Shown: positions 23,789 through 35,908 of the stretch, piece by piece
Numbering within the stretch: the first letter of the stretch is position 1
Layout of the letters: each line of letters starts with the position of its first letter
Assembly: GCF_030028105.1 (NCBI RefSeq)
Contig: NC_092383.1
Location: forward strand, 90,663,921-90,727,920
Direction: 5' to 3'
From: Mobula birostris
Lineage: Eukaryota
Length of the DNA stretch: 64,000 bases
Notes under the pieces: generated by a model
Told to the model about the DNA's origin: nothing
Database searches by the model: none
The model's input: the letters and a program-made list of their open reading frames with translations, nothing else
Program-made: the position numbers and the translations under genes

Positions 23789-24030
23789 GGGCAGCACGGT
23801 AGCGTAGTGGTTAGTGACTCGGGTTCAATTCCCACCGCTGTATGTTCTCCCCGTGACTGCGTGGGTTTCCTCCGGGTGCTCCGGTTTCCTCCCACAGTCC
23901 AAAGGACGGTTGAAAGGTTAACAGGTCGTTGTAAACTATCGGGTGAATAGGCTGGAGTTGCTGCGCAGCGCAGCTCGAAGAGCCGGAAGGGCCTATTCCG
24001 CGTCGTATCACAATAAATAAATGAAATAAA
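23789..24030 (+). mobile_element. tRNA-derived V-SINE (HE1-like) with CR1-type tail
   Basis: Head GGGCAGCACGGTAGCGTAGTGGTTAG...GGTTCAATTCCC, V-domain TGCGTGGGTTTCCTCCGGGTGCTCCGGTTTCCTCCCACAGTCCAAAG, tail gaagggcctattccgcgtcgtatc...aaataaa. Related copies at about 6915-7170, 11790-12070, 16748-17010, 38151-38440 and 42268-42520. Confidence 0.8.
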
Positions 24031-27000
24031 TCTGCTACACCACCCACCTGATGCCCTCTTCACCATCAAAAAAGATGTTACCAGGAAGACCCACACGCAA
24101 CGATCCAGTAACAGCTTCTTCCCCGCCACCATCAGATTTATGAACGTGTCATGTAACCCGTGAACACTACCTTGTTATTCCCTTTCTTAGCAGTTTATTC
24201 TGTAACGTAATAATTTTATGTCTTTGCACTTGTAGTGCTGCCGCAAAACAAATTTCACGACACATAAGTCAGTGATAATAAACCTGATTCTGAAGCTGGA
24301 ATCTGGGGCAAGACAAACTACTTGAGGAACTCAGGGAATCAGGCAGCACCTCTGGAGGGAAATGAACCGCCAATGATGCAAATTCATTCCTCCCCACAGA
24401 TGCTACCGGACCCCTCCCTCCCTCCCTCCCCCTTCACCACCACCACCGAGCTCCTCCGGCAGTTTTTTTTTGTGCTAAGAACAAGAAAATGTCCCTTGAT
24501 AATATTCTTTCACCTGGTCCAGGACACTGGGGTTAAACTTCGCCTTTGGCATTTCAATCTATTTACGACCTGACCCAATGCAATGTCCTGATGTAGTCTT
24601 GTCAACTCTTTATTCCTCTCCATAGACGCTGCCTGACTTCCTGAGTTCCTCCAGCATTGTGTGTGTGTGTGTGTGTTGCTACGGATGTCCAGCATCTGCA
24701 GAATCTCTTGTGTAAGGAACATCTTTTTTTAAGCCAAAAAAAAGGTAAATGTTTTCTATAAAGACTACAGTACTCTTACACGAGCTTTAAGACCTTTTTT
24801 TCCTCCAGAACCAAAATTTCACAATAAACTTGACCCAGGTGCAAGAGGCAAATCCGAACGCACAATGCAAGCCTCATCTGTAACTCGCAATGCGCTTTCA
24901 TATCTGTCACTTGTAAAAATAAACAGTTCCATATGTTCAACCTTGCTCTTAATAACTCCCTGATGTTGACAGATCATTTTAATGCGACAATTGGTAATAA
25001 TTAAATAAGACCAGGTAAAAGTTTAAGTAATGTGCCTTTAAAATATACTACATGTCAGAAATGACACCTAGTTAAGTAGAATCCATTGACCTTGGCATAT
25101 ATTACATTGCCGGTGAAGAACGAGCGAAAACTAATTTGCTCGGTTCATCATCTCTGAGAGCTGAACGAGGCGTGTCTCAAGGACTTGGCAAAAGATTAAA
25201 TGCTCTTCAGTTTGTAAATCACAGGCAGCCTGGCCACTCGCACAAAGCATGTGGTACAGAAAACAACAGTTAGTCACTTGCCAACAATTAATGAGGTGGT
25301 TTTGATCCAGTTCCCTTTTATGCTTGTAGTAAGCATTATTCAACCTGTACTTCCCGGCAATGGCGCATGAACTGTATGCAGTTTCCGAACTGTCCTATGC
25401 CCTAAATCTTGTCACTCAGAAGATAAAGACAAAGAACATGTTCGTAATTTGTTTTAAAAGTCACGCAGCCCTGAAAACAGGCCATTCCGCCCATCAAGTC
25501 CATGTCAATCATGGGGCCCATCTAAGCTTGGTCCATGGCCCTCTAAACCATTTTAAAAAAAATGCTACGGCCCCTAGTTTGGGAACCCCTACTCTAAACC
25601 TTTCCCATACTTATCCAAATGTCGACGCCGACGTCCCGGGGGTCGGGGTGAATCGGAAGTCGTGAAACCGAGGCCTGTTGGTGGGAGCCGAGCCTGCAAA
25701 TCTCCGCAAGTCCTCTGGGGAACTTGAAGCTCGATTCCGCTGGAGACTGGTGAGTGGTTCGTGGGTGGGTGGGGGGGAGGGAGGAACGGAGCTTGTTTTG
25801 CTATTGTTCTGTTGTTTCAGAGCATCGCGGGCACGCCGTGTTGGTGGCGACACTTATAGGTTGTGCCCAGCACACCCCTTGTTAACGGAAACAACGCGTT
25901 TCACTGTATGTTACGATGTACACATGATATATATTTAACCTTGAATTCGTTATTGCACCTGCCTGGGCTACTTTTTCTGGCAATTTGTTCCTTATACCTA
26001 CCACTTTTACCACGTGTTACTCAGGTCCCTTTTAAATCTTTCCCCCTTTCACCCTAAACCTATGCCTTCTACCCTTAGACTCCCATTCCCTCGTTAAAAG
26101 CCTGTGTGGTTTCACCCTGCCTCTGACAGTGCAAAGAATAAGGTCCTACCCTGCCCCATAAACCTTCAGTATCAGAAACAGGTATAATAGTACCGTGCAA
26201 AACTCTAAGACACACACATATATAGTTAGGGTGGCTAAGACATTTGCACAGAACCGTGTTTGTCAACGTGGAGCGGAGAGCGAGTTTGTAAACCTGACGG
26301 GAGCAAAGTATGTTGGGAATGGCGAGGGTGGAGCGCAGCGGGATGGTGTAGGACAGGTGGCAGAGAAGGAATGCCGGAGCGGGGAGTGGCACAGGTGCAG
26401 ACTCACCCATCCCTGAGACACTAGGCAAGGTCATTTGATCCAAACAGTTGGTTTACTTATCATTACAGAATGTCTCCCTGGTGCTTTAGCTCCCTTCCCC
26501 TCTTCCTGCCTAAAGCGTGCAAATTAAAAAAAAATAATACTGAGATACATCATAGAGTGCTTGAAAACGAGTCTGTAGATTGTGGAATCAATTCAGTTGA
26601 GGGGAGTGAACCAGATTTCTTTCGTGCTCCTAGACAAGCCCACTGCTCTCACACACTCATTTCTGCAATACACTGTTGGCAATTGTGCTCTCAGTGCTTA
26701 CTACTTCATTGAATCCCGAGTTCTTTCAGCTGCAAGGCCATTCTTAATGCTCATCTTCGATCAAAGCTTTGGATCACCCATCCTGTTCTCTTCTTGCTAC
26801 TACCATTGGGAGGAAGTACAGAAGCCTTAGGTCCCACCCAACCAGGTTCATCAACTGTTATCACCTCGGCGTGGATAACTCCACTGGCCTCAACTCCGAA
26901 ATGATTCCACAACCTACAGACTCATTTTCAGGAACTCTACAACTCATAATATTTTATCTTATTACTACATCAATACAATACACAGCCACCTGTGGCAACA

Positions 27001-28569
27001 CATTTAGGATTAAATCCCCAACGATTTATCACAAGACAATTTACAATGACCAATTAACCTACCCACCAGTACGTCTTTGGACTGTGAAAGGAGTATCCCG
27101 AGAAAATCCAGTCACAGGGAGACAGAACAATTCCTTACAGACAGTGGTGGGAATTAAATCCGGGTCACCTGTATATAAGTGCAAATGAATCTCAAATTGG
27201 TAAATGGTGAAATACAGTTGCACGCACTTTTGACAACACACTTACTTTGACTTTGGTAACCCAGTCATATTTCGCCAACTCCCTTGATTGAAGAACATCA
27301 TTGTGCAAGTGATAATAAAAGAAGATAAGGTTCCTGAAGTTTCAAATGTGCACCCTTCAGCAGAGCCGTTTTCTCCATGTAACCGGAAGGATTGAGCATT
27401 TAGTCTTCATTGCAAATCCCCAGCACACCCAGAGATTTCTGCAGGCCAGCTGTGTTATCCATTCGTTTGATTAGGTAAATCAATCTTACCATTACAACGC
27501 AAATAAATGATGTGAAACCCAGCAGTACTTAATAAATCTAACAACTGGATGATAAGTCATTGATAACAGCCTATAGCCAGTGCTGTTTTCCCAGGCTCCT
27601 TCAGTGCCATCAAGAGGACATGGCCACAATCATCAGGAGGAAACATTGTTTGGATTGGACACGTGATGAGAAGATAGGCCAACTCCACCATTAAGACAGC
27701 ACCTCATTGGACCCTCTGAAGGGTGGAGGAAACATGGGAGACCAAAGACAACTACCATAGAGGTAGAAATAAGGACCCTGAACCATAACAGAGATGGTGG
27801 CCAAGGACAGACAGAGAAGGAGAATCTTCATTGCTGCCCTAAACACCAGCAGTGTAAAGTGTTTTCCCAGGGTGGAAATGCTAAGACAAGGGAGCACAAT
27901 TTTAAGGTGATTGGAGAAAAGTATAGGAAGGAATGTCAGAGATAGGTGTGTGGAATGTGTTGTCAGGGGTGATGATAGAGGCAGATATATTAGGGATATT
28001 TAAGAGATTTAGCCTGTGCCTACCAATTACCATGTATCCAATTAATCTACTAACCCGTACGCTTTTAGAATACGGGATGAAATCGGAGCATTTTCCCACA
28101 TTCCACAATGGGACAGGTACATAGGCAACATTGAAGAAACCCTCAGGGAGGCACACGGACGATAGAAAAATGGAGGGTTAGTGGGGCGGGAAGGGTAAGA
28201 TTGATCTTGGAATACTTTAAAAGGTCAGCACAGCATCGTAGACTGAGGGGCCTGTACTATACTGTCTATGCTCTACTGTAAAATGGTGGCTATGTGGGAG
28301 GGAAGGGTTAGCTTCATCCTCCAGTAGATTAAAAGGTTGGCACAGCATTGTGGACCGAAGGGCCTGTATTATGCTACAGTGTTTTACGTTCTATGTTCTA
28401 ATTCTACCTCAGCACTCCTTAGCACAAAACTAGCAAGAAACCTCTGGGTTAGGGCACACAGTAAACTTTATGCTCAAGTCTTACAGGATATTTGAATCAC
28501 TTAAATTTGAGATGGCACAAGCTCTTTCTATACATTATAATTACCTTACCCTCAGACACAATACTCTAC

Positions 28570-28899
28570 GGGCAGCACGATAGCGTGGCGGTTAGCGCAT
28601 CACTTTACAGTGCCAGCAATCACAGATCAGGGTTCCATTCCTGCTGCTACCCATAAGGAGTTTGTACGTTCTCCCCATGACTGCATGGGTTTCCTCGAGG
28701 TGCTCCGGTTTCCTCCCACATTCTAGGCACACTGTTAGGGTTAGTGAGTCAGGGGCATGCTACATTGGTGCTGGAAGCGTAGCGCTACTAGTGGTCTGCC
28801 CCCAGCACATCCTTAGCTTGAGTTGGCCATTGATGCAAATGACACATTTCGCCGTATATTTCGATGTACATTAACAAATAAAACTAATCTTAAATCTTT
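28570..28899 (+). mobile_element. tRNA-derived V-SINE with alternative (Rex1-like) tail
   Basis: Same head and V-domain as the 23789 copy but the tail is ...gcatgctacattggtgctggaagcgtagcg...gtatatttcgatgtaca..acaaataaaactaatctt. Related copies at about 7437-7770 and 54580-54875. Confidence 0.75.
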
Positions 28900-30357
28900 A
28901 CTCTTTTTCAAAACCTCATACAAACTATTAATGCTACACAAATCCATCAGGCTTTGAATCACTTAACAGGAAAAGTTGTATTGAATTTAAAGCACATAGA
29001 TTAAATTTCATCATTATTCCCATCAGAAAAAATTTCAATTTTCAGCCACTCTAGTAAAATACGAAACCATCAAATTCTTTAATTAAAAAAAAATTAATTG
29101 GTCAGATCCAACAAAAAAAATCCAAAATATATGTAAAATAAAGTCACACCTTTGGCTCCACTTACTGTCTTATACAGGTGACACTTCCATAGAATGCTGC
29201 TGAACATGCCTCGGCAAGGTGTTTGGTCAAAAGAGGCAACATGTTCGATATTTCCTTACGAGGTAGGAGGCAACCATTTGGCCCGATGAGTCCATAGTAG
29301 CTCAGAGCAATCCCATCACCTGCTAGTTATCTCTGTAACTTCTTCTCCCCACATTCCCATCAGGTTGCCTCACCATGCCCCAGGTTCGGCTACTCACACA
29401 CTAAGGGTAATTCCGTAATTAACCTGCACGCCTTTGGGACTTTGCAGGGAACCTGAGCACCCAGAGAAAACCTTCATGGCCACAGGGAGAACATGGAAAC
29501 TCCACAGAGACAGCAGTAGTCAGGACTGAACCTGGGTCACTGTACCTCTGATGCAGAAATTCCACTAACTGTGCTGTCCACTGATATCTGTAATCTAATC
29601 AGGAGTCACTTCACTGAGACGAGCAATGGGAGCACAGGCTACATTTGAGTGTTTTCTAAAATATCGAGCACTGGCACACATAGGGTGGCGGCATTACTGA
29701 ACCAGGAAGTATTTTCATGTAAAATCTTAAAAAGTAACTCCCCCTAGGTGGTTAGAGTCAATCAGTCCACCGATGTAAAAAAAAACTCCCTAGTAAAGGC
29801 TATTCAACCCTGCTTTATAGATAATTTACTAAAAATAACTATGTATCTGCACAGAAGGCGAAAAATTATGTTGTTATAAAAACAGAAAATTGTCAGATGA
29901 GATAGCATCAAAAGAGCGTTAACATTTAAGCTCAGTACGTTTCAAAGAACTCTCTTCAATGATGCATCAAACCACCTAAATGCTCTCCTGTCACTCAACA
30001 GTTCCAACACTTTGTTTTAATTCCAGCGTCTCCAACATTTTTCTTCTCAGAGTTATTCAGTTAAGAGGCTTTCCCCACTATTTTCAGCCTTCTCTGCTAT
30101 TTAGCATCACCATTTCACACACCGTCCACAGCTAGACAAGATTTCTGAATTAGCCAATGTAAAAACGATCCCTGAATTTAATTAATTAGGATGATGAATC
30201 AAGCCCACTTCTTGTCTGCGACCCTGTGAGCGAGTGACTCCATCCAGCCTTCCTGGTAGAGCTGAATTGGAGAAAGTAGTGCTGTAAGCTCATGTCACTG
30301 GTCACTGGCTTCTTCATGTCACGCCATGGCTACTTTTAATTGAGCAATGCTGCTCTA

Positions 30358-30363
30358 TTTATT
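30358..30363 (-). terminator. candidate polyadenylation signal of med20
   Basis: AATAAA on the minus strand about 270 nt after the stop codon. More distal sites are possible. Confidence 0.4.
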
Positions 30364-30635
30364 TCACAGGCAGGCTAGTCAGTGTGCGTAGAGGAGAATT
30401 AAGAAGAAATAAGGGTCAACATTGCAGAAAACTTCTGGCCATTGGAAACCAGGTGCGAGGCTACCTACCAGCAGAGATGGAAGGAAATAAACTATTTTGC
30501 CCCATTCTTCTCACAAGAAGAAAAGCATTGCAAAATTGTTGTGGTATCTTGAGTGATACCAAATGCTCCTCATTGAAAGGATTAACTTATCAGATTCAAT
30601 GAAGATGTAGTTTAGATTTGTCAGTGCAAAGCAGC

Positions 30636-30851
30636 CTATCTCATTCCTGATACAGGAGCCTGCTGCTGTTTCCGAATTTTATTGAACAGCTCCATGTACT
30701 GAACGGCTGTGTCCGTGGGTGTATAAATGCCATCGTGCTTTGTCGAGAATACAGACGGGATTCCAGGGGTATGGTTTCCCATGAAACTCTGCATGAATTC
30801 CATCATGAGATTCCAGCAGTCACTTGACACTATGCAGGGACAGTACTCTAC
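30636..30851 (-). CDS. med20: Mediator complex subunit 20, coding exon 4 (last)
   Basis: ttcCAG acceptor; VEYCPCIVSSDCWNLMMEFMQSFMGNHTPG...QYMELFNKIRKQQQAPVSGMR*, matching the human MED20 C-terminus. 216 nt, phase 0. Confidence 0.96.
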   Translation of the reverse strand, partial: VEYCPCIVSSDCWNLMMEFMQSFMGNHTPGIPSVFSTKHDGIYTPTDTAVQYMELFNKIRKQQQAPVSGMR

Positions 30852-31904
30852 CTGGAATGATAAAAAAAAATCCCATTTACTTAACTGCAAATTATACTTA
30901 CAGTGCAGGTTCTTCATCATTACTAAAAGGTACCTGTTAGATTTATACAGCATCCTTCTTGATGTCTCAAAGAATTTCACAAAGTCAAGATCATATTAAG
31001 AGGAATAGATAGAGTGCACAGCCAGCGCCTCTTCCCCAGGGCACCACTGCTCAATACAAGACCACGTAGCTTTAAGGTAAGGGGTGGGAAGTTCAAGGGG
31101 GATGTTAGAGGAAGGTTTTTTTACTCAGCAAGTGGTTGGTGCGTGGAATGCACTGCCTGAGTCAGTGGTGCAGACAGATAGTGAAGTTTAAGAGACTACT
31201 AGACAGGTATATGGAGGAATTTAAGGTGGGGGGGTTATATGGGAGGCAGGGTTTAAGGGTCAGCACAACATTGTGAGCCGAAGGGTCTGTACTGTTCTAT
31301 GTTCTATACACACAAGTACGTGTATGGATAGGTGCAGATAGCCAGAGACTTTTCTCCCCCAGGGAAGAAATGGCTACTACAAGGGGACATAATTTTAAGG
31401 TTATTGGAGGATGTCAGATGTAGGTTTGTTCGTGCTTTTTTTTTTAACACACAGAGTGGTGAGTGCGTGGAACACCTTGTCCAGGGTGGTGGTAAAGGAA
31501 GATATGTTAGCGGCATTTAAGAAACTCTTATATAGACAGATGGATGTTAGAAAAATGTAGGGCTATGTAGAAGGGAAGAGATTAATTACACATTCTTTAG
31601 TTTGATCTCAGGGTAGGTTAACAGGTTGGCATAATATTGCAGGTTGGAGAGCCTGTATTGTGCTTTGGTGCTCTATGATCTTGATTCAAGCATTTGACCT
31701 AATCTTTTTACAATTCTTTCCTCCTTTCGCATGTTTTTGAAATTAATTACACATTTTTGGTACAGTTTTTCTCCAACTTTTAATAGAATAAAATCTGCTT
31801 GTACTTGGTGTGTATTATTTGAAAGTCCCAAGACAACTGACAGAAAGAGAGGAATTGTTTCTCTTCAGCAGAGTGTGTTAATACACTGGTTTGCAGATAA
31901 CTGG

Positions 31905-32225
31905 ATAGATTCAACTCTGCCATGGATGATCCCAGCCTCGGCTGTGAAAGGAGGAGGAATGGACATGAGGCTAGCAACTGCCTGTAAAAACTTGGTGCTG
32001 TAGAAACACCAACAGAAACTCCAAAGACCTCATCCCTGGGAAAGGGAAGATCTTCACCTAGAAGATGTACAAAACCATGTGATGAAAGCCTCTAGTCCAT
32101 GGAAGACACAGGGCTAATCAACCTTCTATCAACCTGGACCAGCACCAGACTGGCCCGGGACAGAGACTCTGACCAGCTGCTGTCACTGGCCCATACCCCT
32201 GTAGGGGTGATGGGCTAAACTAACT
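31905..32225 (+). mobile_element. RTE-derived non-autonomous (bipartite) element
   Basis: 5' part resembles RTE 5' UTRs (gatcccagcc...aaaggaggagg...gaggctagcaact..gtaaaaa). 3' part resembles the RTE ORF end (ctggcccgggacagag...ggcccatacccc...ggtgatgggctaa) plus a short (aact) tail. Confidence 0.5.
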
Positions 32226-32477
32226 GTATAAATTCAATTTGCTGGGTGACGATTTAATCAACAGACAACAGTGCAATTTAGTGAGGATGCTAAATGTACC
32301 AGTCAACTTTGATATTTGCACCAAGCAGTTTTTAGCTTTGATTGGACCAATCTACCAGTTGTGGAATGATAAAACAGACTCTACTTTTCCAAAGTATAAA
32401 TATTATAAAGAACCCAATGAACTAATTGTGAACTTCACGAAGAATAAGACGAGGGAACACACACCAGTCCTCAGGGG

Positions 32478-33851
32478 GAGCAGAAACACAAAAAATCTAC
32501 AGCACAATACAGGCCCTTCGGCCCACAATGCTGTGCCGAACATGTACTGTACTCACTTTAGAAATGACCTCGGGTTACCCATAGCTCTCTATTTTTCTAA
32601 GCTCCATGTACCTATCCAGGAGTCTCTTAAAAGACCCGATTGTATCCGCCTCCACCACCGTCGCCAGCAGCCCATTCCATGCACTCACCACTCTCTGCGT
32701 AAAAAACCTACCTGACATCTCCTCTGTACCTACTTCCAAGCACCTTAAAACTGTGCCCTCTCATGTTAGTCATTTCAGCCCTGGGAAAAAGCCTCTGACT
32801 ATCTACACGATCAATGCCTCTCATCATCTTATACACCTCTATCAGGTCACCTCTCATCCTCCGTCACTCCAAGGAGAAAAGGCCAAGTTCACTCAAGCTA
32901 TTCTCATAAGGCATGCTCCCCAATCCAGGCAACATCCTTGTAAATCTCCTCTGCACCCTTTCTATAGTTTCCACATCCTTCCTGTAATGAGGTGACCAGA
33001 ACTGAGCACAGTACTCCAAGTGGGGTCTGACCAGGGTCCTATAAAGCTGTAACATTATCTCTCGGCTCTTGAACTCAATTCTATGGTTGACAAAGACCAA
33101 TGCACCGTATGCCTTCTTAACCATACAGTCAACCTGTGAAGCAGCTTTAAGTGTCCTATGGACTCAGACCCTAAGAACCCTCTGATCCTCCACACTGCTA
33201 AGAGTCTTACCATTAATACTACATTTTGCCATCATATTTGACCTATCAAAATGAACCACCTCACACTTATCTGGGTTGAACTCCAACTGCCACTTCTCAG
33301 CCCAGTTTTGCATCCTATCAATGTCCCGCTGTAACCTCTGACAGCCCTGCACAATATCCACAACACTCCCAATCTTTGTGTCATCAGCAAATTTACTAAC
33401 CCATCTCTCCACTTCCTCATTCAGGTCATTTATAAAAATCACGAAGAGTAGGGGTCCTAGAACAGATGGATGAGCCACACCACTGGCCACCAACCTCCAT
33501 GCAGAATATGACCTGTCTACAACCACTCTTTGCCTTCTGTGGGCAAGCCAATTCTGGATCCACAAAGCAAGGTCCCCTTGGATCCCATACCTCCTTACTT
33601 TCTCAATAAGCCTTGCTTGGGGTACCTTATCAAATGCCTTGCTGAAATCCATTTTCACTACATCTATTGCTCTACTTTCATCAATGTGTTTAGTCACAAC
33701 CTCAAAAAATTCAATCCGGTTCATAAGGCACAACCTGCCTTTGACAAAGCCATGCTGACTATTCCTAATCATATTATGCCTCTCCAAATGTTCATAAATC
33801 CTGCCTCTCAGGATCTTCTCCATCAACTTACCAACCACTGAAGTAAGACTA
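32478..33851 (-). mobile_element. CR1/HER1-type LINE, 5'-truncated RT region, nested in a Rex1 element
   Basis: ORFs 33164-33901 and 32864-33124: SLTSVVGKLMEKI, SQHGFVKGR, DFSKAFDKVP, GPLLFVIFINDL, KFADDTK, LYRTLVRPHLEYCAQFWSP. Flanked by the two halves of a plus-strand Rex1 (about 32412-32477 and 33852-34370). A near-identical 3' end is at 41030-41415. Confidence 0.9.
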
Positions 33852-34939
33852 TATTTTATTGGGAGTTTGAGGAGGTTTGGTATGTCACCAAAGACACTCA
33901 TAGATTTCTACAGATATACCACGGAAAGCATTCTAACTGGCTGCATCACTGTCTAGTATGGTGGGGGAGGGGGGTACTACACAGGATCAAAATAAACTGC
34001 AGTGAGCTGTGAACTTAGTCAGCTCCATCATGGGCACTAGCCTCGCCAAATGCGATATCCATTGTTAAGGACCCCCATCACCCAGGATATGCCTTGTTCT
34101 CATTGCCACCATCAGGGAGGAGGTACAGGAGGCTAAAGACACATACTCAACAAGTCAGGAACAGCTTCCTCCCCCCTAGCATGCGATTTCTGAATGGCCA
34201 CTGAACCCATGAACACTACTTAACTACTTTTTTAAATTTCTATTTTCACTACCTATTTAAGTATTTTATATATAAGTACTGTAATTTACAGGTTTTTTCT
34301 CTATTATTATGTATTGCACTGTATAACTAATGCAAAGACAAGAAATTTTTTAGCATAGGCCGGTAATATTAAGTTTGTACATTTGTACATTTCAGTTTAT
34401 TGATTGCTTTTGACCCATTCTCAGCAAATCATTTCAAACTCAGGCAGTTTAAATCTAAATGCAACGCATTCACATTATTGTGAGACATAAAGGTGGTATT
34501 AATAGATTATATCTGCAAGCAAGTAGTTTTACATGGTCAGAATTTGTCTCTTCAAGCTGTCAATGATGTTGCCATTGTCCACTGCTATTGTTTAAGATGT
34601 ATGCAAACAGTTCATGAAAATTCAGCCAATAAAATAGTACTATCCACTTCAGAATCAGGTTTATCATCACTGGCATGTGACATGAAATTTGTTAATTTAG
34701 AAGCAGCAGTTCAATGCAATACATGATATAGATAAAATAATAATAAATGAAATAAAAATAATAAGTAAATCAATTATAGTACACGTATATTGAATAGATT
34801 AAAAAAGTACAAAAAACAGAAATACTGATTTCTGTTTAAACCTGATTCTGATTTTAATTAGAAACAGTGTCACAAATATCTAAAAAGGAATACAGCATAA
34901 TCATCAGTAACCTAAATAGAGATGATTTAATGGATTTAC

Positions 34940-35193
34940 CTCAACAGTTATGCCACGGACACTGGGTCCCATGGTAACTGTCCCAACCTTTATCAGAAAG
35001 TCACCATACTGATAGCGAGGCCCTCGGCTTTCAATCTTGTTACTCTTGGCATTCTGGAAAAACCCCTTCAGCTTGACCATGAGCGTGTCGAAGTTTGTGT
35101 CGGCAACCAGGTAAGGCCCGTTTTCAAAAAGTGCAAAGCAGCTAAGAGGATACTCAGTGTTGTGCATAACGTACATGAACTTCGCAGGCTGCC
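34940..35193 (-). CDS. med20: Mediator complex subunit 20, coding exon 3
   Basis: tcatCAG acceptor; (G)[26 protein letters not shown]...[16 protein letters not shown]; GAG|GTAAAT donor. 254 nt; phases fit the neighbouring exons. Confidence 0.96.
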
Positions 35194-35868
35194 CTGATGA
35201 AAGATAGATTCAATATTGTTTATTGTCGTTCTTCAGCACGAGTGTATAGAACAGTGCAACTGAGGAACAAGCCCTTCAGCCCACGTTTTGCCTGTGGAAC
35301 CTGCAGTTAGGCAAGGGTTAAGGACAACATCCAGGCAAGTCGAGCCAGCGGTGTGTAGTCAAACCCAGACAAGGAAGAGCTTTGAAGTGAAACTGCCGGA
35401 GCCAACCTTGCTCATTGCAGACAGACAGGTGGGAATGACTGTGGCACTGTGTAATGAACCTAGAAGAACATAGCTTCCCTTAACACACTTTACACAGTGG
35501 GGCAGAGGCAGATGAGATAAGGACAACAGAAGGATGTAAATTACACCTCACAACTAAAGGATAATTGCTTTACTAACTTCAAAATATCGTTGGTTGTCAG
35601 CTTGAAGCTTTGATTGACTTTTAACACCTTTATTGTAAATGGCAATTGATCTTGCAAGTAAGGAATTCAAACATACATAATTTACCAAATGGCCAATATC
35701 CGTAACTGATAAAGATAATTCTGTATAGAAATAGCAGTTGTCTATGCTGGCTTCACAACAGTATGGTGACAGAGGCCATGCTGTTGTCCTTGTGCACAAG
35801 TAAAATAAAAGTATCACTCACAACACGCTGGAGGAACTCAGCAGGTTGGACAGCATCTGTGGAAATGA

Positions 35869-35908
35869 TCAGTCAACGTTTCGGGCCGGAACCCTTCGTC
35901 AGGACTGA
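35869..35908 (-). ncRNA. minimal type I hammerhead ribozyme motif in a Penelope-like terminus, core intact
   Basis: Minus strand: TCAGTC-CTGACGA-A-GGG TTCCGG CCC-GAAA-CG-TT-GACTGA. This gives a 6-bp stem I, both conserved boxes, stem II, a palindromic AACGTT in place of stem III, and a GUU cleavage triplet. The surrounding repeat spans about 35816-35965. Confidence 0.7.

Noticed and set aside
30190-30266. C/D-box snoRNA-like ATGATGA...CTGA
   Set aside because: No terminal stem or recognisable rRNA guide, and it is not intronic on that strand.
33164-33901. 245-aa RT ORF as an active or domesticated gene
   Set aside because: A truncated CR1 copy with frameshifts downstream. Its N-terminal residues come from the antisense strand of the host Rex1 element.
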